Shown one piece after another: positions 12,490 through 26,100 of a stretch of 64,000 nucleotides of DNA. Where the stretch lies: assembly GCF_031769215.1 (NCBI RefSeq), contig NW_026781974.1, positions 558,001-622,000 on the forward strand, read 5' to 3'. Below the pieces are notes generated by a model, which worked only from the letters and a program-made list of their open reading frames with translations, made no database searches and had not been told where the DNA came from. Numbering within the stretch: the stretch's first letter is position 1; each line of letters opens with the position of its first letter. This DNA comes from Ylistrum balloti. Lineage: Eukaryota. The position numbers and the translations under genes were made by a program.

Positions 12490-12914
12490 TACCTATACAG
12501 TCGGTGGAATACTGCTAATCCATTGTCATCATCAGCCGGGTCCATCAGTCTCTGGACGTTTCAACCACTGTCCCGGAACGTCCTCGTGATGGTGGGTCGA
12601 CAGTGCCGATCAACTCACTGCCTGTCAATGGATGGCTTCCAGTCTTTCTCCTCTCGTCTACTCCACAGCCAGCATGATGCGCGTTCCGCAGCCTCCGCTA
12701 GTCTGCGCACCACCATCTTCCGTGTCCTCCCGACCACACCCAAAGCCTGAAACGTCTTCCAGACTGAGCGTGCCGGGAACCCTCTACAGCCTACCTCCAC
12801 AGGGAACAGCCAAGTGCGCCACCCTCGTTCCCTACACTGTTCCATGAGGTCTGCATACTTGGCTCTCTTTCTCTCGTTGGCCTGGTCACATCGCTCTTCC
12901 CAGGGTACAGTCAG
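12490..12914 (-). mobile_element. 3' fragment of a restriction-like-endonuclease non-LTR retrotransposon (HERO/NeSL-like)
   Basis: LTVPWEERCDQANERKRAKYADLMEQCRERGWRTWLFPVEVGCRGF...AAERASCWLWSRREE matches the REL-domain C-terminus of HERO-type elements; short GC-richer 3' UTR follows. Confidence 0.85.
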
Positions 12915-12970
12915 TGTGTTATGTACTCCTTCGAGTCTGCGTGGTTCATCTTCACAAACGTATCCATGTA

Positions 12971-13717
12971 CAGTAAAACTCACTTGTGTCGAATACGCAT
13001 GACTCGAATACATCGGATGAGTCGAACGTTGCGTTCGGTCCCGATTTTTTCTCCTCTTTATCTTAGTAAATTAAACACGGATGAAACGAACACTGTTGAA
13101 TCGAATACTGTGGTTGTGTCGAATATATTTTGTGGTCCGTCCCTTCTAAATCGTACAAAAAATTCCATGTTTGAGTCGAACATTCAGACGCCACGTTGTC
13201 TCAGGTAAATTTTCCTGGTCGGTAACGTGTGTGATCGGTCAGCCGTAACGGTGTCAACAGGCCTACATGCTCCATGCAATTTCACGGTATCGATCCACTT
13301 AATCCTTTTGTTTATACAGGTGCCCAGGTAATTATCTCATTTAACCAAGAACTGCGCGATCAAACAGCCATTGAAATAAAACATCTCATGTTTATTTTTT
13401 GCCCGTGAGTTGTTGTGAGAATATTTGTCTCAACGATCCAAATACTATAAATGTGAGTACAATATGTGTAAATGTATGTTTTTAAGTATTGTTTTCACGA
13501 AGTACCCAGTGTAACGTGTGTCTTTTGTTCAATCTTGTATGCATTATCCACGTGTTTGTGACAATGATGGTTACAGTAACTGTTCTTTTTATTAATACCT
13601 TGCTATCAGACACGATCGGCGAAAATATGGTCAGTTTAAATATACGATGTCTCGATTACAGGCGATAGACAAAAACACGGTTTTACTTGGTCCCTTCGAC
13701 TTATCCGAGGTTTACTG
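12971..13717 (+). mobile_element. Non-autonomous Tc1/mariner-pogo-type TIR element, copy 1
   Basis: TA|CAGTAAAACTC ... GAGGTTTACTG|TA; 23-bp imperfect TIRs (17/23 match); TA TSD; second copy at 18423-20096. Confidence 0.85.
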
Positions 13718-14349
13718 TACTTAACTTTACTGACTTATCGTTAACACGAGATGATTTGACACATTTTTGACGGATGTGTATGGTCCCGCCCGAATGAAAC
13801 TGGCACATTATCAATGGTCGTAATCATGGAACCAGTCTGACGATCAACACACCTCCAATAACACCTCTGGCCACGATGAGATTTCACAGAATATTTGTTC
13901 CCCGCATGAACAAGAAAAAAAAAACCCGGTTATTATCCAGAAAATCAACATGTAGCTGAGCATTAGCCATGTTGAAACTGTTTAAAGATTTAGAAATCAA
14001 CTGTCTTATATATTCTATCTACATGGCTTAGATTGAACAATATCTCTAATCAGTTTTTTATTAATAATCAAATTATCTAATAAGCTTTGATTAATATTCA
14101 TATTTTCACACTTCAGTACTTTGATAAATATTCACTAACATTTTAATTATTTTATAACTAACTGATAAGGCATAAAACTGTTCATGAAAACAAAGACAAT
14201 TCTTTAATATACACAAGCTTGGATGCTTTAATGCAATTTTGGGGTTAATTCTAGGTGTGGTTAATTAATTGAAACAAACTATAACCCTCAGGTAAAGAGG
14301 TGTGATACCTACCTGTACCTGTGATATTTTCAAATGTGGGCTAGGTGGG

Positions 14350-14650
14350 AATAAACCGAATTTTTAAGTTAGTACAACTATTAAGTGTAGAAAATGTAAA
14401 GCAATTGACTTACTTAGGAAAATATATACATTCTGCGCTGAAAAAGAGAAAAGAACTGCTTAACTAGTTCATACAGTATATCATCCTATTATATATGTAT
14501 ACATCCGATATATTTTTGTTCTCTGTATACTTTGTACATGTACGTGGGTCCTCTCTCCAATGTTAATGATAATATGTCATCATTGTATTAAATATGTAAA
14601 CTTATGGACCGTAAGGTCCTTTGAATAAAATTGAATTGAATTGAATTGAA
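14350..14650 (+). mobile_element. 3' end of a CR1/L2-group LINE
   Basis: Translates to KLVQLLSVENVKQLTYLGKYIHSALKKRKELLN*, a typical ORF2 C-terminus, then a 3' UTR ending AATAAAATTGAATTGAATTGAATTGAA. Confidence 0.75.
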
Positions 14651-17600
14651 TCGGGAATGAGTCCGTGACTGGGTTTATTAATTGTATGATATCTAATAAG
14701 GTCGTGGGACCGTTCAAGGCCACATCCCATACATAGGCATCGAGTTTTATATGATTAATGTTTGGTGTTCGTTTGAACGAAGTGAATAAGAATAATTATA
14801 ACAGACGTTTTGGTAATCGATAAATCGTTTGAATGGAACGTTTACACATAGCGCATGGTGCATGGCGACTGAGAAACACAATGGATATATGTCATCCTGA
14901 ACCTTCAGGTCAGGTGATCTAAACATCGTCTGACCACCCAGATATGTCGGAATCAAATACTCTTTATGGATCGAAGAATCTTTGGTACTTTACCAAAAAC
15001 ATAAATCGTATGACCCACGGGTCTCTTATTTTCCCCTGTGGAGTAGATACACTTGTCTATACTTCTATAGGAAAATAGCATTTTTAAACGTCATTTTTTA
15101 TTTCCGTTGCAAATGATTCAAGGTTAGTTATAATTATTAGCATATGGGTATTTTGGTGTACAGAATGGAAAAATAGAATATTCTGAGAGATTTGTTTGTT
15201 TGTTTGTTTTTTTTTTTTTTTTGCGAAGAGGGTGTATACTTTAGTATCTTAAATTACGGAATGAACTTCCGTACCAAGTTACTAAGCGTGTCTTATATTC
15301 AGATAGGCACAAAACTGACCAGTATGACGTATCTCTGGAAATACAAACATACAACAACTCAGTTCAGTCACTGTTATAATGCGTTCGCTTTTTAGGCAAT
15401 GCTCATTTCAAATTCACTACAGCCAAATTCAAATATTCCCACGCTTTGTTCGGGTTCAGAATCAATGGATGTAGAATCGAGTTGTGTACATATATAAGTG
15501 AGTTATTTTATCTGTATGAACTAGTAGAAACGTCTGTATCGCTGTGAGGTCTCGCGATATCGAAGGTTAAGAGGAGACATGAAGGATTACTACAAATTGA
15601 TACCTCCTCCAGAACAAGAGGCAATTCAAAAAACGTTTAAAAATAAAACGTTGCAAGATGGATGTTCGAAAATATTTCTTTACATTTAGAATCGTCGATA
15701 TTCGGAATGACCTGCCTGAGTCGGTTATTAGATCCAAAACAGTGGTAGAGTTTGAAATTAATTTAGATAATTATTGAAGAAATCGGGAGATCAAATTTAA
15801 TTACTTAGCCAGTTCTAAATCAGTCACCAGAGGTTTAACCTAATATACTATGTATTTTATACTGCATACTAGTAATGACATGGGTATAGACGCAATTTAA
15901 TGCCTGCGTATCCTATTGTATAAGTAAGGATTAAAACATATGTAATGGTAATGAACGAGGCCTTCCGTGTGTAAGCTAACCGGAATCCTCCATACCGTAC
16001 TTAAAATACAATGCCATTTAACAACAACACCTGGGCATGGATTTTGCCTCAGAGACATATTCTGATTGTTACTCTAAATAAATTATGAAATGTGTTGCCA
16101 CCATTGTTATTGCAGTGTGGACTGTCTTCCCTTGGGATACCTGCCCACCATCCTGTGTGAATGGGAGTTTACACCGGGGTCAAGCTTGCTTGTTTACGGT
16201 AATACAGGCTTGACCGTTGTTCGTGGTCAAGGCCTGGAATGTCCATTCATGTTATGTCCTCGTTAAAGCGTTGTTATTGGCGTCAGGAACAAACAAATAA
16301 CTGACTATGGGGAAAGGTAACTATTAATTCCCTACACTCAGATAGTTACAACCACCTACTAGTCGAATTATCGTGCAAGTCGCTGGAAATTCAAAAAGCG
16401 TTATTTTGTGATCAAGCGGTGTGTACATTCGCTCAGGTGAGACCAGGTAAGAGAGACGGGTCGATACTAATACACATGTGTGGCATCAGGCCTGTGTAGT
16501 TGTAGATGTGTGTGAATTGTGTACGTCTGTGTGGTCAATAGTACAACAACACTTACATTTAAGTAACATCTGTTTCAACTTGTATCGAATTATTGGACAC
16601 GAAATTTGTCCGGAATATTACGGGATTTATATAAAGAAGACCATTAACACCTCGTGGACACAGCAGCGATAAAACCTCGTTCAAACTGTCTTGCACGGAC
16701 TTGGTGGGGAGTGAGTAACGTTTGGATACGTTATCACACAACTTGTGTATCGGGTATGTATACATCTGTTTCCATTTAGCTAGTAAAATAAATATTGATT
16801 AATATGTGTACCTAATCGGGTAAAATATATCCACGTGGTCATTTCTGATAATAGGTGAGATTAAAACGATAATTACTGCAATCATGAACTCTTAAAAGTT
16901 AATTAAATATGTTCAGCTAGACATAAGTCATATGCTTCATCATAATGTATGTGCCAGAATGAGACCAGCTTAATTTATTACTTACATCAGTGGTCAGAGG
17001 CATTCTGTCCTTGCTGATCTACAACACATGTTCATGTATTAACTCGTTCCCTGGTAGTAAAAATAATTACCTAATGTCTATCTAAGCAATCTTTATGTGT
17101 AATGTATTGCGTTACCAACACTTAACTGATATCTGAATTTAAATCGACCTATCTTGCTTTGCGAAGAAAAGAGAAGAGCAGAGGTCAGACAGGAGAGAGG
17201 CTAGTCTCTGCTGGCTGGACGCCCGCTCGCTCGGGCTTTTGCACGTGCAAGAACACATCTACATCGATATATATTGATATCACGTTTTTCATCATAATCG
17301 GTCATTTCAGTAGTACAAGTAAATGATAAATGCAGGAAACTGTCTATTTATGTAGATATTTGACAGTGTTCGGCATTACGCCTATTAGACCGTCCAATAT
17401 TTAACAAAATAGACAGCCTAAAGGTTTACATCTTACACAGTACTCTTAGTGATAAGATCCAACATGGCACATTGTTTCATCTGTTGCTGATATCTGCAGG
17501 TACATCTATCCCCTCTCTATCAATCTTTATCTGGTCAAGGTCATGGTCACTGTCTACGTATATAAGCTGTATTTTGCCGAGGGCTATGAAAGATAAAAGT

Positions 17601-17734
17601 GGCAAGTTACCAAATTGCAGCTTATATTTCAAGACTCTTGAGTATGTACTCTATTTATTCTGCAACATTAAATGAAAATCATATCAGCGAAAGTCAAAAG
17701 TTTGCTGTTTAATCTTTTTTACCTAATCTTGACC

Positions 17735-18030
17735 ACTGTCGTGTACCCGTTAAGGAATTGTCTTTTCATGATGGCGAACATAGACGTCCACAAATGTGAG
17801 TCTCACTTCAAGCCATAAAGTCAATGGTTTATTGAAGACAATCTGACCGGCACAAGTACTACACAAAACTCAGAAATGCTCGAAACTTGTTTTACAACAT
17901 TTGTATGGTAATGTTGTCATAAGTAATTGTGAGCCCTTCTCAAAGTTGAGCAAAGTGTTGAATTTGGCATCGAGGCGAGATTTACTGTGAGATGTTGTTC
18001 CGAATGAAATATTTAAGCAGTCTAAGGTTC
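17735..18030 (+). repeat. Left arm of a diverged inverted repeat pair (partner 20860-21165)
   Basis: GTCGTGTACCCGTTAAGGAATTGTCTTTTCA...GAGGCGAGATTTACTGTGAGAT is the approximate reverse complement of 20860-21165. Confidence 0.8.
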
Positions 18031-18422
18031 TTTTTTGTTATTGTTAGCGTTACATTGCAATAATTTCCGCTTTTAAGCGATATCTTATTTTGCCCATCAC
18101 CAGGCTATGATATTCACAAAAAGAAGGAAAACAATCTTGTCTACGTTACGGACTGGTCCATAGAAATATATAACTTTTACAGAAAAAAGGTACGGATTGG
18201 TTCGAAAAACAGTCCCATTCCGGTTATAGATTTGTTCCAAATGATTGGGAAAACTTAATGAACACAAACAACAGTACTCTTATCACAATAAATCGAACTA
18301 AATCACAAAAGCCATGTACAGGTAAACCCCTAAACATTAGCCACAGTACTTGTTCAATGTTAGTTCCACCGCACCGCGCATTGAGAATACTATAAACCCC
18401 CTGTAAAACAGTAGTCATAGTA

Positions 18423-20096
18423 CAGTGAACCTCGGATAAGTCGAAGTCGATGGGACCAAGTAAAATATTCGACTTATCCGATGGTTCGACTCAATAATGT
18501 TTTTGTCTATCGTCTGTAATCGAGACATCGTATATTTAAACTGACCCTATTTTCGCCGATCGTGTCTGATAGCAAGGTGTGAATGAAAAGAACAAGACAA
18601 CATCTATATTTTACAATATCAATTACAATATGTATTTATATTAAAACACAAATAAATCGTAGTTTAATGACAGTTACTGTAATCATCATTGTCACAAACA
18701 CGTATCTTTCACATCAAGCTTCCTCTTCTGTCCTCTTCTTTCTTCCGCATTTCTCTCAAATGATCCAGTTATCCCCTTAGATGACCTGGGTCCTTCACTA
18801 GATTGCTCATTTGAACTCATGATTGAGAGTGTGGAATGAATGACAAATCCCGAATTTTCACCCTAATTTATAGCCCCTTTCGACACTTCCACTCAAATTT
18901 TGACATTTTCACTCAAATAAAATAACAACTCACGGGCAAAAAATAAACATGAGATGTTTTATTTCAATGGCTGTTTGATCGCATAGTTCTTGGTAAAATG
19001 AGATATTTAACTGTGCACCTGTATAAACAAAAGGATTAGGTGTATCGATACCCTGAAATTACATTGTGCATATAGGCCTGTTGACACCGTTAAAGCCCCA
19101 ATATACGTAAAAATCACTATAAAAAACAAACTTTATCTTATTTTCCCCGTAATATATGTAACAAAACAAATACTTTCCTTTAATTAAAGAAAATAAAACT
19201 GACTGTTTTCAATTTAAATAAAAATTGAAAAAATCGGAAAATAAACAATGTGGGACCCACAATAATTCATACATTACCGCTCGTAGCGATGACATTGCGC
19301 ATGCGCATATTCCGCAGACACAGTACAGACGTTCACCAGTTGCTTCTTTTTTTTTCAATCATACATCAGGCCAGTTCTGAATTTTTACGTTATAATTGTG
19401 TGTCGTATCGTTTCTAAACTAATTATTCCTTCTAATAATTTCCCAAAAACTGAATGTTTATCACAGGAATACCTCAAGCCTACGACAATACTTCACAAAC
19501 AATGTTTGTAAACAAAAACTTACCGTAGACATATCTGCATGTGCTTCCTCTATAATTAGAAACCTCAACTCTCGCGAGATCAGGTCATGAACTTTCCGAC
19601 GTCGTTCGGCAACAATCGTAATTTCGATGGCGGCGTGTTTAAAATGGAGGTGTGTTTACAAATAGCGAGTTTCAACTGCTCATATATCAATACTTTATGC
19701 ACAAAGTCATGGCAACTTTTGTTTGAATAACTTAATTTTAACTACATCTTAGAGAATATCTCAATAATTATTTGTGATTCTACACTAAATTTTTGGTGAA
19801 TGTTACGTATATTGGGGCTTTAAGGCTGACCGATACACTCTTTACCGACCAGGAAAATTTACCTAAGACAACATGGCGTCTGAATGTTCGACACAAACAT
19901 GGAATTTTTGTACGATTTAGAAGGAACGGACAACAAAATATATTCGACACAACCACAGTATTCGATTTATCAGTGTTCGATTCAACCGTGTTTAATTTAC
20001 TAAGATAAAGAGGAGAAAAAAATCGGGACCGAACGAAACGCTCGACTCATCCGATGTATTCGACTCATGCGTGTTCGACACAAGTGAGTTTTACTG
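18423..20096 (-). mobile_element. Non-autonomous Tc1/mariner-pogo-type element, copy 2 (inverted, carries nested insertion)
   Basis: TA|CAGTGAACCTCGGATAAGTCGAA ... GTGAGTTTTACTG|TA; both ends match copy 1 reverse complement; middle differs. Confidence 0.85.
19094..19819. mobile_element. 726-bp MITE with TTAA TSD, Kolobok-like
   Basis: TTAA|AGCCCCAATATACGTAA ... TTACGTATATTGGGGCT|TTAA, perfect 17-bp TIR; copy 1 of the host element shows the empty site. AG terminus with TTAA fits Kolobok better than piggyBac (CC termini). Confidence 0.8.
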
Positions 20097-20859
20097 TACT
20101 TGTTCAATATTAGTTAGTTCCACAACATCGCGAATTGTGAATCATTTTTCCGTTTGGCAGTGCCGTGAAGTCGGATACAATATTGGTCGATTTGCAGTTA
20201 ATAGACGAGTTTCACGATATCGATTTATTACCGCGCATCAAAGAATCCCACGAAAACGAGGCGACGGGTGTCAACACTTTCTTTGCGTAATGTGTTCAAA
20301 TGGTAGTGTGCTATTCTGACGTATAAAACACTGTATACAAAAATCAAGTGTTGTTGTTGTTGTTGTTGTTTTGAAAGACATAACTAGAGTATAAATGTTG
20401 TAAAAAAAATCTTGCTGGTTGTTATATATCTTTGCGTCTGAGGTCCCGTTCGTTTGACGATTTCATTATTCTATCTAGCATTTTACATTAATATCATGCT
20501 ATGCTTTACGCATCTATTCAAACGAATGATACGATTTCACACTTTATGATTACATATTTTGAAATTCTTTGTCTTGTTTGTCGGTGGAAACACAAACGTA
20601 CGTTACGTGTATGCCTAAATGAGACCGTCTTGCAGTCAGAAGGGAGACCGGTTTACAACTGGCGATAGCTATGAGATAAGAACTTTTACAAACTTGTCAG
20701 TGCAAATACGTAACTTTTATTTGGTACATAGTTGATACATCACCTGTCAAAAAATTAATAACAATGGATAGACATTTGGAGAGGTACAAGTAGCTGACGT
20801 AATATTTTGTCTAAAACCGTGTCTTGCTGAGGACCGGTCACTAAGGTAAACAACATTGT

Positions 20860-21165
20860 TAGATTGCTTTAAAAGTTCATTATGAACAAAATCTCGCAGT
20901 AAATCTCGCCTTGATGCTCGAATTCAACAGATCGCTCAACTTTGCGAAGGACTCACAATTACTTAAGACCATAACAGTATCCTACAAATATTGTAATACA
21001 AGTTCGAGAATTTCTGTGTTTTGCGAGGTACTTATCACGGTCAGAATTTCTTCATAAACCAGTAACTTTTTCGCTTTATGTGAGCACCCACCTTTTGTGG
21101 CCGTCTACGTCCGCCATTTTGAAAAGATCATTCCTTAACGGGTTCACGACAGCGTTGACTTTACG
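20860..21165 (-). repeat. Right arm of the inverted repeat pair (partner 17735-18030)
   Basis: ATCTCGCAGTAAATCTCGCCTTGATG...GAAAAGATCATTCCTTAACGGGTTCACGACAG. Confidence 0.8.
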
Positions 21166-22233
21166 CTGAATTTTTGACGTACGCCAAATAATTGCTCAGC
21201 GCGGAAATATAGTTCCAAACGAGTACGGATGAAACAGAAGATTTCTTTACGAAAAATTGTTCTTTATTTCATTTATAACACCTTTTTTACATACAGCTAA
21301 ATCCCGACAATGGCAGTGCCTTCCACTTACGTCTCCAGAACGCTAAGTTCGTCGCTAAATCAACGCCTAGACGAAAAACCTGTACCCAACTAACCATTTA
21401 ATCCACATAAGTGATATCACTGAAAACGATTAAGCGATGTCACGAAAGACAACGTCACCAACTAACCTTTATACCTACCAAACTTATGTAATACGACTCG
21501 TAAACCCATTGATGTTGTAGAATACCTGTGCGATATCTTAGACGAAGATAATGCATTGACACACACAATAACATATTATATAATGCCTCATTGGTAACAA
21601 CATACGGTTATCGTGGACTCTGATACACTTGTATGTAAAAAAATCATGATAAAATTAGTATATATTGATACAGATATACATATACATTTTTGGTCGATAT
21701 TTCTAAAGGATTTATCTACTTCTCTACTTATATTATACTAAAAGTCACAAATAGGATCAGCTGGTGGAGAAATAAACACGTTTAATGTGCAAGAACTCGG
21801 ATCGACGTGTTACAGAAAAGATATGATTTCACAGCGTCGCCAAGAAGTCGGATTTTGTCGAGTTAATATGGTAATGGCCAAACCAGGACGTGTTTAAATC
21901 GTGAACATTTCTAAAACCACCTGATATCACTTTACTTTTAATGTGTGTTCGATTTTAAGTGGATATAATGTAGTGATTGTAATGTAATGATTTTTAATAT
22001 GGGTAGTATTAGTAATTACAGGATGACGTTGGACAAAACATTGACACTGCTTGTACGTGTCCAAACATTTAAAACGGACATTTCTGTCCACAGGACCACT
22101 TACAAAATCTGTTACACGATGGTTATTCTTTTGAAAATTGTGTATACGACTGTAGAACCGAACCCATTTCTTTCGGAACATTTTCTTTAGGTTAGTAGTG
22201 TCAACAGAAGTTATCACACGTATTACACTTATT

Positions 22234-22374
22234 ACACAACCAATTGAAGATTAAAGTGTGACGTTTCGATCACTGCCCGATTACCTTCACAATACAAAAT
22301 GATGTAGTTTTTGTCTGATGATGGTGACCATGTAGTCATCAAAACGTCACACTTTAATCTTCTGTTGGTTGTGT
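22234..22374. other. Short inverted repeat with hammerhead-ribozyme-like cores (Penelope-like terminal relic)
   Basis: 40-bp arms 22234-22273 and 22335-22374; + strand CTGATGA-T-GGTGAC-loop-GTCATC-AAAACGTC; - strand arm has GATC-GAAACGTC. Confidence 0.5.
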
Positions 22375-22864
22375 TAGAAGAACTTCTAATCTATCAAATA
22401 CTTTCTTTATTTTCATTCATGGTTTATAACTAACACATATCTGACATGAAAAACGTATTGACCTAGATTAGAGAAGAATATGACGACGAGAGGAAGAATG
22501 AATTTCAAGTTAATCTGCGGTTTATAACACGCACCACGACCCATATAAATGTATACATCGTTTTCATATTGATATTTTGTTTGCTTACAATAACCGATTG
22601 GCAGATACGACACAAGAACTTTTTTAATTTAAGTATATTCTGACCTTACCTGACCTTCAGCGTTGATTTTTTTACTTGAGTACCCAAATGTGATGATGCC
22701 ATTCGTCCTTTGGTTCTGTATGTACTTAATGTGAACTTGTCTGGATATAACAATAGATGTTTTTTCAGGGATATTGCCTCACATTTAATCAGCATGCCTA
22801 TGAAAGTCTGACACGTCGGGTCATTCTTGTATGTACTTACCTATGGATTTATTTCTTAACCTAG

Positions 22865-23031
22865 TGAGGGTAAACGATTCGTAGTGTATCTCTATGTATT
22901 GCACTTTGCAAACATCCGAAAACCGCGCTGAACAAACAGCGTCAAACATGGCGGCTCATAACAATGCTTTCTACGGCGATACTAAATGCCGGAGTCGACC
23001 GGCGGAACCGATTGACTTTCCGGATACATCA
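22865..23031 (-). repeat. BEL 3' LTR (shared portion)
   Basis: Matches 28902-29068 with 4 substitutions; PPT at 23032-23043. Confidence 0.9.
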
Positions 23032-23199
23032 CACTCCCCTTCTGATTTACAAAGGAAATCGCCAATAAGTGTTCTATAGAATTAAATTTTACTACAATAA
23101 GAGTACTAATAAACATATAGCACAATGAAATACAATTACTTCAACCTTCGACCTTCTTCTGTCCGACCCTAAAATTATATAATGTTTATCATAAGAACA

Positions 23200-26100
23200 C
23201 AAACATACGAATTCACAGAAAGTTCAAATTTTTACATCAAGGTCAGATGTGTCCACTACACATGAAAATGTTTATCAGTTCATTCGAACGCAACTAATCG
23301 AACAAGATCCGAAATAGGTCGAACATATGATACACGAGTATCTCCACGAACAACTGACAAACTGAACCAAAACCCGTTAGGTCGAGGGGTGAAACGCTAT
23401 TCTGAGGTTTCTGAGTAAGAATAAGCGACGGCGAAAGAATCGACGGAGATTCTGGATCCGTAGATACTGGCAATAACGGTCGTGAGTTCATGATGGCGGA
23501 CACCTCTGCCATAAACGATACAATTGTATCATGCGTCAAATCCTTCGACTTGTTCTCCAACAGAAGACCGTCCAATATACGCCGACATGAACCCACCATC
23601 CGCTCCCAGGCTCCTCAAAAAGGGTGTTCGTACGGCGGATTAAACAACCAAGAACTGCCAGCGTTCTCGAGAAATTCCTGGATCGGTCGGTCCTCGATGA
23701 ATGAAGCACTGATGCCCAACTCTTTAACGGCACCAACAAAATTAGATCCGCCGTCGGACCTAAACTGACGCACAGGGCCACGAATAGCGGTAAATCTGCG
23801 AAGGGCGTTGATAAACTGACAACTACTCATCTCTTCTACAAGTTCTATATGTACACCTCTAGACACAAGACAGGTGAATAGAACGCCCCAGCGTTTAGCG
23901 CTGGTAGTACTTCCACGAAGTGATCTTTTCACGACAACTGGCCAGGGGCCCAAAACATCCACTCCTACGAAGGAAAATGGCGGGCAAGATTCCATTCTAT
24001 CCGGAGGAAGTTGTGCCATATGTGTCCATCCAAACTCGCAACCCCCTGCATGCAAGAATGAATAACGGAATTGAGTAAGCGACGTCCACCAACAACCCAA
24101 TAACCTGCAGAACGGAGCGCACCTTCCGTAAGGTGCCTCCCCTGATGGTGAACTTCAGCGTCATACTGTCGCGTAAGCAGTTTTCCAACGTGGTGTCCCT
24201 TAGGAATGACAATAGGGTGGTTACGCAAAGAAGGCTTATCGTCATTTACTCTCATCTGTCTGAGACGTCCACCTACACGTAAAATGCCTTCTGGATCCAA
24301 GATGGGACAAAGTGTCGACAAAGAACTGTTTCTCGGGGGACTCTTTCCGGTACTGATTGCGCCAATCTCTGCTGCGAAAGCTCTGCGTCAGTTCTGAGTT
24401 CAACAGCGTTTACATCGCAAGATTTCCGTTTCCTTAGCACCCGTTTCAAGAACATTATCGCTCGCACTAAGCTTGTCCACATTGAGAACCGTTCGAAACG
24501 TTCACAACCAAGTAAACGACACGTCACCGATGTCTTGACACTAGAAACCTGCTTTCTAACCTCAACGTCCTCATCAGTGTTGATCAGATCAAAGTCCTGA
24601 GGTTGTTTTAGCTCTCGCTTATCCCCGCGAAGAAAGAAAAGTCCATTAATCCACAGGCTATTCGGAAGCTACAACCACGAGTAATTATATCGGCGGGATT
24701 TTCACTCGATGCGACGTATTTCCAGGAATGAGGTCCACAAAAGGATCGGATTCTGCTCACCCGATTCGCGACATACACGTGAAACCCTTTGGATTCATTC
24801 GAAATATAGCCCAACACAACGCGGCTGTCCGTGTAGAATGTAAACATGTCTTTGGGTACATCAAGTTGCTCTCTAATATTCTCTGCAATGTCGACCGCGA
24901 GAAGCGAAGCACACAGTTCTAATCTCGGTATCGTGTGGCCATGTGCAGGTGCCACCTTCGCCTTCCCGGTAAGAAACCCAATCTCACTAGAGTCTTCAGA
25001 AAACACTTTGATAAATGCCACTGCGGCAACAGCCTCTTTCGATGCGTCGGAAAATACATGAACTTCAACACGCGATGACATCTCCACAGACAACGAACAG
25101 TACATACGTGGAATGGTGAAGTCCTGAAGGTGAACAAGTTCGTCAACCCACCTTTCCCAATGGATCCTCAACGTTACCGGAAGCAACTTGTCCCAGCCAC
25201 ACTTTGACGACATGGCCTCCCGCATGAGTATCCTTCCTTCAACTGTCACGGGAGCCGTAAAACCAATAGGATCAAATAGACTGTTAATGACGGATAACAC
25301 GCCTCTACGCGTAAGTGGTTTCAGGTCTTTGTCTGCGCGAAACAAGAAACGGTCGGAAACAATATCCCAGCAAATCCCCAAACTCCTCTGTTCAGGTAAG
25401 CAGTCTTGACCTAGATCTAGATCTTTATGATCTTTCGCTAAATCCTCTTTGGGGAACAGTTCCAATAACTCCGTCGAATTGGAAGCGATCTTATGGAGCC
25501 TCAATCTTCCGCCATCGTACAACGCTGCGTTCTCTGTACCAAACTAACAGCCCTTTCAACGCTCGGAAAACTCATCAATCCGTCATCCACATAAAAATTG
25601 CCTGACACAAACCTCTGCACATCCGGATCAGCAGATGACACCGACTTACGAAGGCCATAGTTCGCAACCTCGGGAGAAGTTCGGTTTTCGTCATCCTAAA
25701 CACCTCCAAGGGAGAATCCAAGTCATTGTTTGTGTGCCAGAAAAAACGGAGGTAATCGCGGTGAGGTTCAACAACTCGAAAGTTGTGGAACATTTGTTCC
25801 ACGTCAGCCACAACCGCGACTTCCTCTTGGCGGAATCTCATCAATATACCCTGCAAGTTGTTGGCCAAATCAGGACCCTTAATCATCACGTCGTTAAGGG
25901 ATATCCCTTCGTGCTGGGCAGAGGAATCAAATACGACCCTTATGGAACTCGATTTTTAAGAATGGTAGACCCCGAACAAAGGGAGGAGCCAACATTCTGC
26001 GTCATCGGGTAAATTGGGAGCCTTTTCTGCGTGACCTCTGGCGAACAATGCTTTCATAAAGTCCTTCACGTGGGCACATTTTTGCTCGTTATGACGCAAA

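Noticed and set aside
12500-12600. Hammerhead in the HERO-type 3' UTR (minus strand GAAACGTC ... CTGATGA)
   Set aside because: Core words are present but I could not form consistent stems I and II around them.
21927-22217. 96-aa minus-strand ORF with Cys residues
   Set aside because: No family recognised and no convincing splice signals.
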